The notes under the pieces were generated by a model. That model was not told the origin of the DNA and ran no database searches. It worked only from the letters and a program-made list of their open reading frames with translations. A program made the position numbers and the translations under genes. From Cyanidioschyzon merolae (Eukaryota): a DNA stretch of 64,000 nt. The DNA is taken from NCBI GenBank assembly GCA_000091205.1, contig AP006500.2. The stretch is one strand, 5' to 3'. Of the stretch, positions 50,444 to 61,292 are shown piece after piece (the stretch's first letter is position 1; each line of letters begins with the position of its first letter).

Positions 50444-51970
50444 TCACGCTCGCTCGTCCTCCTCCTCCTCCTCCTCCATATGCCGCTTGAGCCGTTCCAG
50501 CGATCGAGCAGCGTTCACGACCTGTCGTAAATCCCGTTGGATCTCAGCACCATCGAGAGCAACTCGGATCCGCGGTTGCTCATCTGCTGTGGAATCTGGT
50601 ACCTCTGGTAACAGCGCGCTGCCCGCAACAAGCTTCAGCAGTGAGCTCTTTCGCAGCCATCCAGCCGGTGTACGGACAGGAGGCATGGCCAAAGCGCGTA
50701 CGCTCTCTGACAGCATCATTCCTGGTGTTGTAATGGGCACCCATATGTCCGCATCAGCAGCGGAGATGATGGCGGGCGCTTCCGCTGGCGCAGCGCCTTG
50801 GCCGTTCCCTGCTGCTGCTGCTGCTGCAGTTGCTGTGTTGGTCTTGGTGCTCGCGGCGGGAGCGCTGGGGTCACCATGTACGCTTTCAAGGTCGCTCGTG
50901 CCGAGGTAGCCGATGTTAGGGCCACTATTTCGGCCACGTCTCGTTCGCATGGCTGGTCCTTGTCCTCCACGAAGCAATCGTGACAGTTGCAACGAGGGCA
51001 CCTGGAATTTCGTTTCGTTCCCTGCCTGACCTTCAGCGTTCCCGGAAATAGCGGTGGTGGTGGTGATCGTCGTAGCGTCGGCTGCGGCGGCTGCTGAACC
51101 GTTGTTCAGGATGCGGGCGTCGGTGAGGCCACTTTTGGACGCGGCGGCTCGGTTCGAGCTCGCCAGCGCCACAAGTCGAGACTCAATCTCTGCTTGCTTT
51201 GCTGCATTCATTGTCAGAGCGATTCTTACCAGATGCTGGCGGGCGGCTGCATAGTCTTGCTCAAGAAGCGTCATCTCGTGATCGAGGGCAACGCGCAGTT
51301 GCTGATATCTTAAATTGACCTCGCGACGAGCGTCTGATAGTTGCATCAGCTTACGCCAAGCCAGGAGACGCGTGAAAAACTCGTAGTCTTCCGTGTTTTC
51401 CGGAGCCCGCAAATGCAGGGACATGCCCGCCATACCACTGCTACCCATATCATCCGCTGCATTTTCAGCCACTATACAACAGCGCTTGGAATTCATCGAG
51501 GCAGGTCGAGCTCGCAAAGCCCGCGCCCAACGTCGGCGCTCTGCCTGGGCCGCTGCCGGAGCGACACGGCGGTCAATCAGGGCAATGAGCGCGTCCTCTT
51601 GCAGTTTCCGATACTCGCAAAACTCCAGCGTGCCAAACGGTGGCGTCTGGTTTATCAATCGGTGCTGGAGCTCGCGTAGTCGTTTCTTATCTAGCAGGCC
51701 ATGGGCGTCCTGGCCCCAGAAACCCTCGCGATCACGACGCTGCATGAGACGCGAGTGCTTCTGGAGCGACAGCGCTTGACGCTGAGCGCCAGTGCGACGC
51801 CGCCGTTCTCGTTCCTTCTCGAGTTCCGCTTCCCGAAGTTGCCGAGCTCGCTCCTCTCGCTGTTGTTTGACTCTTACAGCATGACGACGCTGACGGACTG
51901 CCTGCGCTAGTCCCGTTTCCCCCGCAGCAACGCTTGAGCCGTTAGCATCGCTGGAAACTGCCGAAGCCAT
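50444..51970 (-). CDS. Hypothetical coiled-coil protein (about 508 aa from the first ATG); Arg/Glu/Gln-rich heptad-like segments with an Ala/Thr-rich low-complexity linker.
   Basis: Track ORF 50444..52036 begins at TTG; the first ATG (MASAVSSDANG...) is at 51970 by my count. Long charged heptad-like stretches (REAELEKERERRRR..., QQLRVALDHEMTLLEQDYAAARQHLVRIAL...). No family recognised. Confidence 0.45.
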   Translation of the reverse strand: MASAVSSDANGSSVAAGETGLAQAVRQRRHAVRVKQQREERARQLREAELEKERERRRRTGAQRQALSLQKHSRLMQRRDREGFWGQDAHGLLDKKRLRELQHRLINQTPPFGTLEFCEYRKLQEDALIALIDRRVAPAAAQAERRRWARALRARPASMNSKRCCIVAENAADDMGSSGMAGMSLHLRAPENTEDYEFFTRLLAWRKLMQLSDARREVNLRYQQLRVALDHEMTLLEQDYAAARQHLVRIALTMNAAKQAEIESRLVALASSNRAAASKSGLTDARILNNGSAAAAADATTITTTTAISGNAEGQAGNETKFQVPSLQLSRLLRGGQGPAMRTRRGRNSGPNIGYLGTSDLESVHGDPSAPAASTKTNTATAAAAAAGNGQGAAPAEAPAIISAADADIWVPITTPGMMLSESVRALAMPPVRTPAGWLRKSSLLKLVAGSALLPEVPDSTADEQPRIRVALDGAEIQRDLRQVVNAARSLERLKRHMEEEEEEDERA

Positions 51971-53137
51971 GCGTGTGTCTGGGAGAGCGTTTACAGTGCT
52001 TTGGCGACTTGTTTGTTGAACACGCACCACCACCAAACGCCAGATTGGTCTCCAATCTACTCGTAATGAAGCTTTTAGGCGTCAAAAGTTGCGCACCTGG
52101 CAGGAAGCAGTTTCGAGAACAGCCTATAGGCGCTCATCTGCAACAGCATAGGTTGCAGCACCGGCGGGATGCCCATCGCCATCGCCATCGCGGTACCGAT
52201 CTCCTAAAATTGCTGTCGATGTCTACGACGCTGTCGATTCCGCCATGGACGTCGATCGACTGCGTTGCCCGAATCCGTGCATTTTCGAGTGTCTCTACAT
52301 TATCTATCAGTGTATAGGATGGGTTTCCGCTGCTCGTCGGGACGCACGCTCCTGAAACCAGGTTTCACAGAACGCTGAAAAAAAAGCGAACAACCAGGGA
52401 TCCCTGATCGATATAAAAGTTCGATCAACGATAAAAACCTGCAGCCAGACCTCCAGAATACGTATGTGCAAGCACTTGAATTACCCGTTTTCCATTTGCG
52501 TATGCACAGATCCCGTGCGGATGCTCAAGCCATCAAATCTGTGCACAAGTGCCTGCGCCCTTCCGTGAAACCGGCAGTGACCCTGACCTCTTCCCCAACT
52601 GAACCGGTCCATGCATTCCTGCGCGCTCCAAACAGACGCCGATGCGTGTGGTGACCCCTGATCGGACGACTCGTACACGCACGCCGTCCTGATGCATCAT
52701 TACAGGGGCATAGGGACTGAGGCCGTTTCCGCTGGGAGGCGTGCAAATGCGCCACGCTATATGAATTAACGGCGTCCGCGCTATCCCCTTCTGCAGCATA
52801 CCGCAGGCAGTACTACGATGACTCCGTGCCAAACAGTAGGGAGCGGGTCACGAACAGTGCCGTGTGGCCTTTGCGAGTTCTGGCGTCCGGGGGCCACGGT
52901 CCCTGCCGAGCGCGCTCGTAACGATCCCCTTCTCAAGCGGTTGCGAGCTCGAAATCGCTTGCCTGGACGCTGCATGAAGTTTCCGCTTCGTTCCAGTGGA
53001 CTCGCACCAACAGTTTACTGTGTCCGCATAGCAGTACAGAAATAAGTTCAGCGATCGATGCACACTGGTGGTATCTGGTAGAAAATGCTTGCCACTAGGC
53101 GCATAACCCGTGCCATCCAGCGCTCGACTGCGATGGG

Positions 53138-54019
53138 ATGATACGGGCGAGGCGCCGCCGCGCATCCAGCGCACCGGAGCGTCACAGCGACGCCGCTGCA
53201 GCGCTCCTAGCTGAGCATCTATCTACTGAAGCAGTACATATATTCATAAATCGACTTGAAAACATGCGTGGTCTAAGTGGATTCGTGGGTTCTTTTCAAG
53301 GGGTGAGGGCTTCTAACCAGCAACAGCGCTGCCTTAAGTTCGAGTGGTCCTCGAACAGGTCTGTACTTGGTTTTTCGCAGCGTGGTATAGCACGGCGCGT
53401 CGCTGATGCTGGTCTCGGACGCCGACAGCAGCAACAGCAGCAACAGCAGCAGCAGCAGCAGCAGAGGCAGCCTCAGCGCCTGCTTAGACTATTCAGTGCT
53501 GCCGCTCCTGCGGATACAAGCATTACGCATAGGGTCTTTTTTGACTTCTCCATTGGCGGTGAGCCTGCTGGACGCGTCGTATTTGGACTGTACGGAAAAC
53601 AGGTGCCCAAAACTGTCGAGAACTTCCGCGCGCTTGCAACTGGCGAAAAGGGTTTTGGATACCAGGGAAGCCTTGCGCACCGAGTCATCCCTGGCTTTGT
53701 GATCCAGTTCGGCGACTTTACCCGAGGAGATGGAACCGGCGGTAAGAGCATCTACGGCGAACGTTTCGAAGACGAGAACTTTGCAATCCCCCACGAGACC
53801 GGAGCACTCTCCATGGCAAACGCTGGCCCAAATACGAATGGCTCACAGGTTTTCATTGTACTCGACGGACGAACAACGCAGCATCTAAACGGCCGGCACG
53901 TTGTGTTTGGCAAAGTTGTCGAGGGCATGGACGTGGTGCGCAAGATCGAGGAAAACCCTACCGGCAGGGGTGATCGTCCTCAACGCGCTGTCAAGATCGA
54001 GGCCTGCGGGACGCTGTAG
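53138..54019 (+). CDS. Cyclophilin-type peptidyl-prolyl cis-trans isomerase with an N-terminal extension of about 125 aa containing a polyQ tract.
   Basis: Full cyclophilin core: [112 protein letters not shown].... The N-extension ...[20 protein letters not shown]... is encoded by (CAG)n at about 53425-53463. Confidence 0.9.
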   Translation: MIRARRRRASSAPERHSDAAAALLAEHLSTEAVHIFINRLENMRGLSGFVGSFQGVRASNQQQRCLKFEWSSNRSVLGFSQRGIARRVADAGLGRRQQQQQQQQQQQQQRQPQRLLRLFSAAAPADTSITHRVFFDFSIGGEPAGRVVFGLYGKQVPKTVENFRALATGEKGFGYQGSLAHRVIPGFVIQFGDFTRGDGTGGKSIYGERFEDENFAIPHETGALSMANAGPNTNGSQVFIVLDGRTTQHLNGRHVVFGKVVEGMDVVRKIEENPTGRGDRPQRAVKIEACGTL

Positions 54020-54274
54020 ACTGGTAAGCAACTCCATCACAACCAAATGATCGTCCAGTGCTTGGGAAGCGGCGCCCGAATCCGGCGCTCAGGAACGGCG
54101 TACTAACTCGAGTCTAGTGAACGGAACGAAGCTGGATAGAGCCTAGCGGGTCTCGCTTTTCCACGCACCAGCTGGACCAATGCGTTTGCTGAGGCCTGGA
54201 AATCAGAAGCATAGGCGGGGTCTAGGGAATGTAAGCGTTGCGCGCTTCGTGAAGGTGTTCGGCCTGGCATGTGA

Positions 54275-54299
54275 TTATCATCATCATCATCATCATCAT
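54275..54299. repeat. (ATC)n microsatellite, about 8 copies, intergenic.
   Basis: atcatcatcatcatcatcatcatc. A (CTG)7 run also lies nearby at about 54941-54965. Confidence 0.7.
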
Positions 54300-55195
54300 C
54301 GGCAGCGAGTCGATGTCGTTTCCAACGTGCATCGAACGGCATGCAATACCGGATGAATGCGGGATGGAGATTGGACCTGCGTTCTGAACTAGAGTCATCG
54401 AAGCCAACAAATTCGCGCAATTATCCTAAACGTGTGCAGGCCTCGTGAGCGAGCGTGCAAGCGAAAGCAACCATCCCAGTCGGGGCAAGCGCCACAGCCT
54501 CTGTTCCGAGTCTGGATCCCGTGTTCCCGGGGATGCGCGACCCATCATGCCAGTCATGTCCAGGATTTCTGTATCGGAGCCAAGTGCCTCTCTAATCTGA
54601 TCAAATGTATACAATATAATAGAGGAGCGTATCCGTGCAGCGCGTCGATGCGTGCGCCGCCGCCCAGCCGCCGCGATCAACACGCATGCACGTCACAGGG
54701 GCGACGCTGCCCAAATGGTCGTTTTTTCGTCGATCATCGATGCATCCGCTGAGCCTTGCGCTAGATGCGCCACTGCCACCGGTAAGCGGGACAGAGGCTT
54801 CAGTTCTTCAGCAGATGCAGCAGTTTTCCATCTGATGCAGTTTTTGCGGTGTTAGCCCCAGTGCCGTGCCGTGCCGTGTGCGGTAAGCGTCCGGTGAACA
54901 CAGGCGCTTCTGGTGTCCTCTGATTGCTCCTGTCGTTGTCGCTGCTGCTCCTGCTGCTGCTGCTGCTGGTGCACGTGAATTCGTGTTTTTCTCTTGTCAT
55001 CGTTGGAATTTTCGGAGGCGATACATACACGGAGCTCGCGTAGAGTGCGTCGCACTGATCAGTGTCTATGTCGAGGAGAGCGGCAGGCCGCGTTCACGCC
55101 ACACATCGTGGCAAGTGCGCTACGAGGTGCATCACCAGAGCGCGCCACCAGAAATGCACCAGCTCTTTTTCCAACAGGTTTCCAGTCTGCCGCTC

Positions 55196-57484
55196 CTAGG
55201 GCGCATGACTTCCAGATACGTTCGTGGCTGCTGCAGCGGCAGCGGTCAGGTCGTCGAGAAACGCCTCGGGCGAGAGCATCTCGGTTGTTCCGTAGATAAT
55301 CTGGCGATCGTCGTGGATGCGAGTGGTGAGATTCTCCCACTCAATAAAATTGCCACCTCCGACCATAAAAACGATCGCTTCGGTAAACGATCCACGCGGC
55401 AGGGATGAGGCTTTGTTTGTGCAGTGCCCGTCTCGAGCAGCAAGTGGATCCAGCAGTAATGAGGCTGCACGTTCTGCAGCTGCACCTGGGTGCTCGTGTT
55501 CCGCGCCCCGCGAGGCCGAATCCAAGTCATCGTCGGGCGAGGCGTTCCGCATCCACGAGTCGACAATACTGGCAACGATTCCGCTCCGCGTCGTGGGAAT
55601 CAGGCCCTTCACGGTGCTCGCCAGCTGCGTCAGGCCTTTGTGGCCGTGCTCATAGATTCGAGTGACCAGCGACTCGAAGATTTCCCTGCCTCCACCTGTC
55701 GCTGTCGTGAGGCGATCGATCATGCGGCTGCTGCTTTTGCGTGCCGGCGACGGACTGTTGCCGTCCCTGTGCGTTGCAGCGGGGTCGAGCTGGCGCGGTG
55801 TCGCTGCGCGCTGGCGCATCACGTAGCTAAGAGCGCTCGTCTGACAGCCACAGATATCGAGTACATGACAGTATTCTGCGAGCTTGGTCTGCGGAATACC
55901 TGACGGCGAGAGGATCTGGTACATAAGCAGCAGCCGCAGGCAGTCGCGGGCTCGCTGACTCAACGACGAGGCGTCCGCGGAGGCCGTACTGGAAGGCGGT
56001 TTCGCTAGAAGATCGGCTTCCCCAATGATTCGGTCTAGCGAGTTCGATTGCACACTCGAAGGCCTTTCCAGCAGTGAATCCTCGAGCTGAAACAACAGGT
56101 CCAACTTCCGTGCCTTGATCTGCTCCAACAGTGCGGATGCGATGTTCGTATGCATATCGAGCTGCCGCTTCCATCGAGTTAGTCGCGGAAGCTCGGCGAC
56201 GGCGTCAGCAATCTCCCGAGTGCTTGTGCCGGTTGCCTGCATATAGGCCTCGAGCTGCGTCTCGTCTGCCGTCTCCGCGAGCAGCTTCTGGACATTGCTG
56301 CCTCCGCCAGACCGTGCATTGATCTCCTGAACCTGCGCACGGTACGCTGTCAACGCTGTTTCGATATGCTCCGCCACTTGCGGGAACGGCAACGAAGCAT
56401 TTTCGGCCCAGAACGGATCGGCCTCGTCATCGAGGTCGTACTGCGTCCGCTCTGTGCCGGGCTTGGTTGCCGGCATGCTGACTCGGCTGAGCTCGAATGG
56501 CAAGAGCTCGTGGATTAGCGCCTCATAGGTCCATCCGTGGTGCAGCATGATGGCCAGGTCGACGTCACGGTCGAGCAGCGCCAGCAGCGGCCTTCGCAGT
56601 GGCGGCAGGCCGGCTTCACTGTGTTCGCGGAACAACGCCGCCCCGCCTGGCGTATGCATATACTCCCAGATTTTGGCGCACAGTTGCAGTGCGACTCGCT
56701 CCGATGCGCCGCGTCGCAGGCAACGTATATACGGCACACATCTTAGGGTCACGCAAACAGCAAATAAACTATCCACAATAGTCGCGATCGTTTCCTGAAT
56801 CGCCTGCTCATCGGCCTGTGCACTGAACAGACGCCGGAAAGAGCGCCGCGCTATGCTTGGCGGCATGCTGAAGAGGTTGCGCTTCAGACAAACAAAGCCG
56901 CAGTACAGGTCCACGACGCGAGTAACGGACTCGATGCGCCGAGCTCGAGCCAGGGCCTCGGCCAGACGCTCAAGCTCGTCGCGGCTGATAGCCGAAAGAA
57001 AATATATACTGCAGTGTGCGTATCGATCCGCAGCACAGTCTCGGACAATCGTCTGAATATTCTCGTGATTCGGCTGGATCAGGTAGACAGCTGGGACCTC
57101 GGGTATGACTTGGCGCGAGCTCTCTAAGTTCAGGTGTAACGTAACGCCGCACGTTCGTAGTGTTGGCACCTTCAGCACAGGAGCAAGCACCTCGCGCGCC
57201 GTTTGGTCGATGACGAGCACCTTCCAAAAGTCTCTGTACACGTCTTCCGCGTCCAAGTCGTCCACGGTCGCCGCGGCAGCATCGTAACCGGGGTTCAGTT
57301 GTCCATGCAGTGCACCGTTGGCAGCGCTGTGTCCGGTAGCGGCCTCAGCGCCGCGGAGCGGGTTACCGAGCGCCTCGCACAGAACAGCTTTCTGCCGATC
57401 CCGCAGCGAGAACCACGTTTTCGCCAATGATTTGAGCTGCGTGGCGAGGTCCGAGTGACGACTCGGCTCTGCTCGCGTTAGCAT
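55196..57484 (-). CDS. SLY1: Sec1/Munc18 (SM) family protein, Sly1/SCFD1-like (ER-Golgi SNARE regulator).
   Basis: N-terminal block ...FWKVLVIDQTAREVLAPVLKVPTLRTCGVTLHLNLESSRQVIPEVPAVYLIQPNHENIQTIVRDCAADRYAHCSIYFLSAIS... matches the SM/Sly1 domain-1 pattern (WKVLIxD..., PDVPAIYFVxPTxENIxxI). Track ORF 55196..57808 begins upstream; the likely ATG (MLTRAEPSR..., resembling the Sly1 N-peptide) is at 57484 by my count. Confidence 0.7.
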   Translation of the reverse strand: MLTRAEPSRHSDLATQLKSLAKTWFSLRDRQKAVLCEALGNPLRGAEAATGHSAANGALHGQLNPGYDAAAATVDDLDAEDVYRDFWKVLVIDQTAREVLAPVLKVPTLRTCGVTLHLNLESSRQVIPEVPAVYLIQPNHENIQTIVRDCAADRYAHCSIYFLSAISRDELERLAEALARARRIESVTRVVDLYCGFVCLKRNLFSMPPSIARRSFRRLFSAQADEQAIQETIATIVDSLFAVCVTLRCVPYIRCLRRGASERVALQLCAKIWEYMHTPGGAALFREHSEAGLPPLRRPLLALLDRDVDLAIMLHHGWTYEALIHELLPFELSRVSMPATKPGTERTQYDLDDEADPFWAENASLPFPQVAEHIETALTAYRAQVQEINARSGGGSNVQKLLAETADETQLEAYMQATGTSTREIADAVAELPRLTRWKRQLDMHTNIASALLEQIKARKLDLLFQLEDSLLERPSSVQSNSLDRIIGEADLLAKPPSSTASADASSLSQRARDCLRLLLMYQILSPSGIPQTKLAEYCHVLDICGCQTSALSYVMRQRAATPRQLDPAATHRDGNSPSPARKSSSRMIDRLTTATGGGREIFESLVTRIYEHGHKGLTQLASTVKGLIPTTRSGIVASIVDSWMRNASPDDDLDSASRGAEHEHPGAAAERAASLLLDPLAARDGHCTNKASSLPRGSFTEAIVFMVGGGNFIEWENLTTRIHDDRQIIYGTTEMLSPEAFLDDLTAAAAAATNVSGSHAP

Positions 57485-58071
57485 CGTGGCCTCTTGAGGT
57501 TGACTACCAGCAGGTAGCAGGCAAGGAGGCAGCCGCCTGCCGTCAACGCCTCCATGAGTCTGTGCGTACGCTGGGATTGCTGCGGCGGCGATCCCGCCAC
57601 AGTCGAGAGCACCTGCTGCTCTCGGGAGCGACTCGACGTTCACGAGCAACAGGAAAGAAGCAGTCATCAGCGATATGATATATAGGACCTTGACAGCAGA
57701 GGAGCAATAAATATGAGCAGGCTTCTCGGTCTGTCTGGTCCCTGTCATCCATATATGGTGCTCCCGTAATGAATGAAGAGCGAGCAATCTGAACAGACTT
57801 TTCAGCATGTTCAGTCTCTTTCAATCATATAATGTGCTCCTATGGCGGATAGAGACCGTCCAATCTCATTAAACTTCTTTCGACGATCCGCTCCTGTCTG
57901 CAATGCAACGTGCTTGCCAAGGATCCGTTCTCGGGTGGTGCTTGTCGATCATTTGCACCGTATGGCGTACGAGACTCCATGCATCGAGGCCTGGACTTGC
58001 AGCACAGCTACATGAGCACATAGATACACGTCCATTGTGGAGGCGCAACTGCGGTTCGGTTCCGTCTCTGA

Positions 58072-59580
58072 GTGCGAAGTGCGTCGCCCGCACCGCAGCA
58101 TCCGCCATGCTGCATCCATGACACGCATGTGCGCTCGGATGCGTGCTGCACGGGACACGTGTCGCTCTTGACACACGTCTCTGGGATTCAGCACGGCAAA
58201 TATACTCTTCTGGGCTGGAATACGCTCAAGTCGAGGTATATGCGAACTGGACCGCAGATTAGCGCGGCAGCAGTCACGAAGTGGACCTGCTGGCAACGCC
58301 AGCGCCAGCTGGAGCGCATGGCGGTGTGGATTGTAGCGAGTCTTGCCGCACCTGGAGCGAAACAGGTACGTGAGGCTCGGTATGAGCACCGGCCGCGCTT
58401 CTCGACCGAAGCGGTGCCGCTTTGGAAACTCACCATGTTGTTGGTGCGCCTTTATCACAGCAGCTGGCACGCGGGATCGCGTGAAAGCACTTACTTGCGA
58501 GAGCTCTTCTATCGGCTCGTTCCTGTTTTCGATAGCCAGCAGGAATTGACGCAATACCTGGATCGTTTACTTGCCGCTGCACGAATCTCTCGTTTCTCAT
58601 TGGGTATCATTGCCGAGTCACGCGGATGGGTGTTTTTCGGTAGCGGGATCCAGCTGCAAAAACGGTCTATCGAAAACGAGCGACCTCGATATGTTCAATC
58701 AGAAGCCGCCAATGCAAGGCTGTGCACGCCCCATCGCGGTCTCATGCCGATTCCAGATGACATCGTGCTGGACCCTGGGGCGTATCAGCTGGTAGTGGAG
58801 CCCCGCCAAGATCTAGTTGTCGTCATCCTCATCGTGGAAAAGTTCGGCGTATTCCGCTGTCTCGTGGATGAAGGATTTGCCTCGATCCTGCCGGTACTCA
58901 CAATCCTTGTCACTGGCGGGGGCCAGCCGTCGCTGGCAACGCGTGCACTGGTGGCCCAGATAGCGCGATGCTTGGAAGCGCACCATGCTGCTTTTAGGAG
59001 CACGAACGCCCCGCATACGTATCCCCGGTTCGACATCTACGTCATCACAGACTACGATCCATACGGCCTCTGCATTGCTCGCCAGTATCGCCGATCTCTG
59101 GCTGCAGCGCTGCCGCAGTTCACTGCTGATTCGAAGTTCACCCGTCTGCCACGCTGGATAGGCCCACGCGCCTGCCACCTATTCCGAGCCCGATCAAGTC
59201 GTGCGAACTGCGAGTTACTCCGCGCCAAGTCCGAGGCAGACCAATCTCCACTCATGCGCGGTCCGATGCCATCCCAGCGGGCACTGGTACTCGCACGAAA
59301 CATCTTTGCCGAGGCAGTCCTTCAGGGCGATTCGCTCGTTGCCGAGGAGCTGCACCACATGATTGGCTCGCAGCTGTATACCGATCCATCGATGCTGAAA
59401 CTGGCCAGGAACCTGCCCTGGATTGACGGTTGCCCCGGTGCCGCTGGGGATGGTATCGGTACCCATGACTTGCATACCCTGGTGCTGCTCCTGGGACCAG
59501 GGGGTTTCGCGCGTGATTTTTTGCCGCGCTTGATCCTGGAAACGAGGCAGGAAGAGCTTAGAAAATCACTTGGGCTATGA
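58072..59580 (+). CDS. SPO11: SPO11 / topoisomerase VI subunit A family (meiotic DSB-forming transesterase).
   Basis: 5Y-CAP catalytic region ...LVRLYHSSWHAGSRESTYLRELFYRLVPVFDSQQELTQYLDRLLAAARISRFSLGIIAESRG parallels human SPO11 (VYHLL...KRDIYYTDSQLFGNQTVVDNIINDISCMLKVSRRSLHILSTSKG), with the catalytic Tyr in RELFY. TOPRIM: ...DLVVVILIVEKFGVFRCLVDEGFASILPVLTILVTGGGQPSLATRALV...FDIYVITDYDPYGLCIARQY (E...DxD metal site). The track start is GTG; candidate ATGs are at 58240 and 58318. Confidence 0.8.
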   Translation: MRSASPAPQHPPCCIHDTHVRSDACCTGHVSLLTHVSGIQHGKYTLLGWNTLKSRYMRTGPQISAAAVTKWTCWQRQRQLERMAVWIVASLAAPGAKQVREARYEHRPRFSTEAVPLWKLTMLLVRLYHSSWHAGSRESTYLRELFYRLVPVFDSQQELTQYLDRLLAAARISRFSLGIIAESRGWVFFGSGIQLQKRSIENERPRYVQSEAANARLCTPHRGLMPIPDDIVLDPGAYQLVVEPRQDLVVVILIVEKFGVFRCLVDEGFASILPVLTILVTGGGQPSLATRALVAQIARCLEAHHAAFRSTNAPHTYPRFDIYVITDYDPYGLCIARQYRRSLAAALPQFTADSKFTRLPRWIGPRACHLFRARSSRANCELLRAKSEADQSPLMRGPMPSQRALVLARNIFAEAVLQGDSLVAEELHHMIGSQLYTDPSMLKLARNLPWIDGCPGAAGDGIGTHDLHTLVLLLGPGGFARDFLPRLILETRQEELRKSLGL

Positions 59581-59630
59581 TGTGTGCGCTGCGCGTACCG
59601 CTGCGACTACTCCTTTCAGTACGAGCGCCT

Positions 59631-59945
59631 CTATTTCGAAGCCAAGAGGTCCGAGGCTTCCGCTGGTGTCCTCGTTTCCAGTTGTAGTGCGTGCACCGAT
59701 TCAGCAAGCTCCTGTTCCAAAATCTGGTAGACACGTCGGTGACGCTCGCGCAGAGAGAGGCCCACAAACTGTGCGGAAACAATAGCAACGCGAAAGTGCG
59801 TCTCCCCGTGCGCCGGCTTGCTGGCGTGGCCCTCGTGCAGGTCCGACTCGTCGACCACCCGAAGTACCTGGGGCTGCAGGGCGCTCCGCAGCTTCGATTC
59901 AATTCGTTCACGAACAGGTGCCAGTGTTCGCATGGCGGCCCGCAT
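59631..59945 (-). CDS. BolA-family protein (104 aa).
   Basis: ...VVDESDLHEGHASKPAHGETHFRVAIVSAQFVGLSLRERHRRVYQILEQELAESVHALQLETRTPAE matches the BolA consensus (HFxVxIVSxxFxGxSxLxRHRxVxxxLxxELxxxIHALxxxTxTP). Confidence 0.85.
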   Translation of the reverse strand: MRAAMRTLAPVRERIESKLRSALQPQVLRVVDESDLHEGHASKPAHGETHFRVAIVSAQFVGLSLRERHRRVYQILEQELAESVHALQLETRTPAEASDLLASK

Positions 59946-60721
59946 TCGCTAACGCTGTGCGTCTCGAAGGGTGAGTGCTCTGCTTACGCACCCACCTGCC
60001 CAGTTGGACGCTGCCGCACCGGTTTTTTTTGCATTCCCCAGGCGCCTACAAGAACGTGCCCGACGGGACCCAGCAATGCGTCAGGTACGATCACAATCGG
60101 ATAGCGTCAGGACTAGCCGAGGCCGTCAATACATGATCAACGCGAACACTGAGCGCTAGGCGCTGCCCTGCCGAGCCTTCGGTCGGGTTGTGCAGAGACT
60201 GACCGGATTTCTACAGATATCAGCGGCTCTTGATCATTGCATGTCGATGGACATTGCAGGGCGCGACGTCGACAAGACGCCTACGGCAAGACCTTTCAGG
60301 TTCAGGTACGCACGATGCAGCGGCATACGAGCACATATGAAGAGCTGTTGAACTGGATTCGCCGCTATTAGTACGGAAGTCTGCGCACTTACGAGTAGTC
60401 ATGCACATGCATCAGCTTAGAATGCACAGACAAGCGACGTGCGGAACGAGACGCGCATGCGTTCCTGGGAACCTATCCCTTGACACTCGTACGCCATACG
60501 AACATCCAAGCGTATTCACTACATTGCATACGTACAGCCACATGCATAGATATCTATATATGCAAGATTACACACAGACTTATATCCAGAAAGATGAATG
60601 CCTCGATAGCTCCACATACGGAAGCAACGCTTTGCTCGATCCTAATCTAAAATTCGAGTGCAATCAGAAAAACTCAGGAGCTTTTCGTGCGGTCAAGGAA
60701 CCAGTGGCGCTGCGGTATTTC

Positions 60722-61039
60722 ATGGACACGAAAGCGCAGCAACTCGATTCGGATCAGGAACCTGAACTCACAAAGCTTGCTGAACTTCAAGTACACGAGC
60801 AAGTCCGAAAGGCAGCGTTTGCCAAGTGTGACGATCAAGTCCGGGCATACGTTGCCTGCAGCCGTGAACGCACGGTTTCCGTTGTTTGGGCGTGCCGAAC
60901 ACTGCTGAAGTCGTTGAACGAGTGCGTCCAACAATACACGGGTGCAGAACAATATCGATTGCAAAGAATCGAGTACGCCAAAGCACACCCGAACGCGGTC
61001 AAATCGTGGAATCGTTCGAGTAAAGTCGAGACACCCTAG
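60722..61039 (+). CDS. CMC1: COX assembly mitochondrial protein CMC1-like (twin Cx9C).
   Basis: Two Cx9C motifs with exact spacing: CDDQVRAYVAC and CRTLLKSLNEC. The ~105-aa size and context ...AAFAKCDDQVRAYVACSRERTVSVVWACRTLLKSLNECVQQY follow the CMC1 pattern (C..E...F..C......R.IS.VWKCR.....M..CL). The track ORF 60401..61039 adds 107 unrelated upstream codons. Confidence 0.75.
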   Translation: MDTKAQQLDSDQEPELTKLAELQVHEQVRKAAFAKCDDQVRAYVACSRERTVSVVWACRTLLKSLNECVQQYTGAEQYRLQRIEYAKAHPNAVKSWNRSSKVETP

Positions 61040-61292
61040 ACAAGCACGCGGATACTGGGCACAACGAGTAGGACGCTGTGACATGACGGGCCTAGAAGAC
61101 GTTCGCGTAGCGACCGGAGCGTCGCTTCGGTAGCGTTCACTGGTGACGTGGTCGTTTTATGCGTCTCTATCGTCTGGTGGCGGGGGAGGTCTGCGCTGCT
61201 CCGCATGAGCAGCACGGAGCGCATGGTATCAGTCCAGGCAAGTGCCGCTCAGGAGCCGCTTACACACGTTTGGAGGCATTCGTGGGCGATGT

